DNA of 64,000 nucleotides from NCBI GenBank assembly GCA_963785305.1, contig CAWAUV010000004.1, forward strand, positions 32,001 through 96,000. Direction: 5' to 3'. Position numbers and translations under genes: made by a program. The notes under the pieces were generated by a model. The model saw only the letters and a list, made by a program, of their open reading frames with translations. It was not told where the DNA came from and made no database searches. Positions 63,264-64,000 of the stretch are shown here, piece by piece. This DNA comes from an uncultured Planctomycetaceae bacterium. Lineage in GTDB: Bacteria; Planctomycetota; Planctomycetia; Pirellulales; PALSA-1355. Within the stretch, counting starts at the first letter, position 1; every line of letters begins with the position of its first letter.

Positions 63264-63905
63264 ATGTTCAAACGCCCGCTGGATTGGCTCGTGGTCAAGT
63301 GGCAATGGCCGGCCGCGGCGCTCACCGTCGCCTGCTTTCTCCTGGCCCTGGCGCCGATCGTGTTTCATTTCGCCGGGGCTCCGCTGGGGCTCGTGTTTCT
63401 GCAACTGCCGATCTACATGCTCCATCAATACGAAGAGCATACCGGCGATCGGTTTCGCCTGTGGGTCAATCGCATGGTCGGACACGGCCACGAAGCGCTC
63501 ACGCCGATCGCCACCTTTTGGATCAATTCGCTCTTGGTTTGGGGGCTCGATCTCGTGGCCTTGTATCTGGCCGTGTTCGTCGATCTCTCGCTGGGGCTGA
63601 TCGCCATCTATTTGCCCCTGCTCAACGCGTTCGGACATTTACTTCCGGCGGTGGCGAAGCGGCAATACAATCCGGGAACACTCACCGCCGCGCTGCTCTT
63701 TATTCCGCTGGGAACCTTGAGCGCGTTGGTGGTGTCGCGGGCAGCCGATTGCGGCCTGCGCGATCATCTGCTCGCCTTGGGAGTGGCGATCGCCGTGCAT
63801 GCGATAATCATCTCGCATGTGCGCCGCCGGCTGGTGCGATTCGCGCGTTTGGATGCCGCTTCGCGGAACGAGGGCATGCCGATGGCGATGGTCGCCAGCC
63901 CGTAA
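63264..63905 (+). CDS. HXXEE-domain membrane protein
   Basis: MLHQYEEH, NAFGH, YNPGTLTA. Confidence 0.88.
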   Translation: MFKRPLDWLVVKWQWPAAALTVACFLLALAPIVFHFAGAPLGLVFLQLPIYMLHQYEEHTGDRFRLWVNRMVGHGHEALTPIATFWINSLLVWGLDLVALYLAVFVDLSLGLIAIYLPLLNAFGHLLPAVAKRQYNPGTLTAALLFIPLGTLSALVVSRAADCGLRDHLLALGVAIAVHAIIISHVRRRLVRFARLDAASRNEGMPMAMVASP

Positions 63906-63914
63906 TTGATCGCA

Positions 63915-64000
63915 AGCAGCCTGTTGAAAAGTGCCCTCGTGGCATTGTTCAACCTCGCCAAGCGCCGAGCAAAGCGCGTCGCGGCTCGCGGCGCTAAATA
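63915..64000. repeat. MITE-like structured repeat, left end (runs off window)
   Basis: AGCAGCCTGTTGAAAA start and hairpin GTTGAA..GTGCC-CTCGT-GGCAT..TTCAAC. Confidence 0.5.

Overview
High-GC bacterial chromosome segment, very likely Planctomycetota (Pirellulales-like), judged from planctomycete-typical hypothetical proteins, the recO-bamD-lptE arrangement and a giant VWA/Met-Gly protein. About 50 CDS: housekeeping genes (aroA, recO, folC, rdgB, hinT, TrmH, RluA, BamD-like, LptE), ABC permeases, a diadenylate cyclase and a CheB/CheR-PAS kinase-LuxR module split by an IS66 element with intact ends (13-bp TIRs, 8-bp TSD). Many genes, including essential ones, are split by small indels, most likely long-read consensus errors. 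No rRNA, tRNA or CRISPR array was recognised. Best candidates for undescribed biology: (1) a co-directional terpenoid cluster (divergent squalene-hopene-cyclase-like enzyme, DUF116-polyprenyl synthase fusion, chorismate-lyase-like protein, CxxC glycosyltransferase); (2) a 48-aa Tat precursor, absent from the ORF track, with its own promoter, RBS and terminator, predicted to release the peptide GIVIVRRRRRRF; (3) a ~1890-aa VWA protein with a ~410-aa internal tandem duplication and secretin-like segments. All calls come from manual motif reading; no database search was run.
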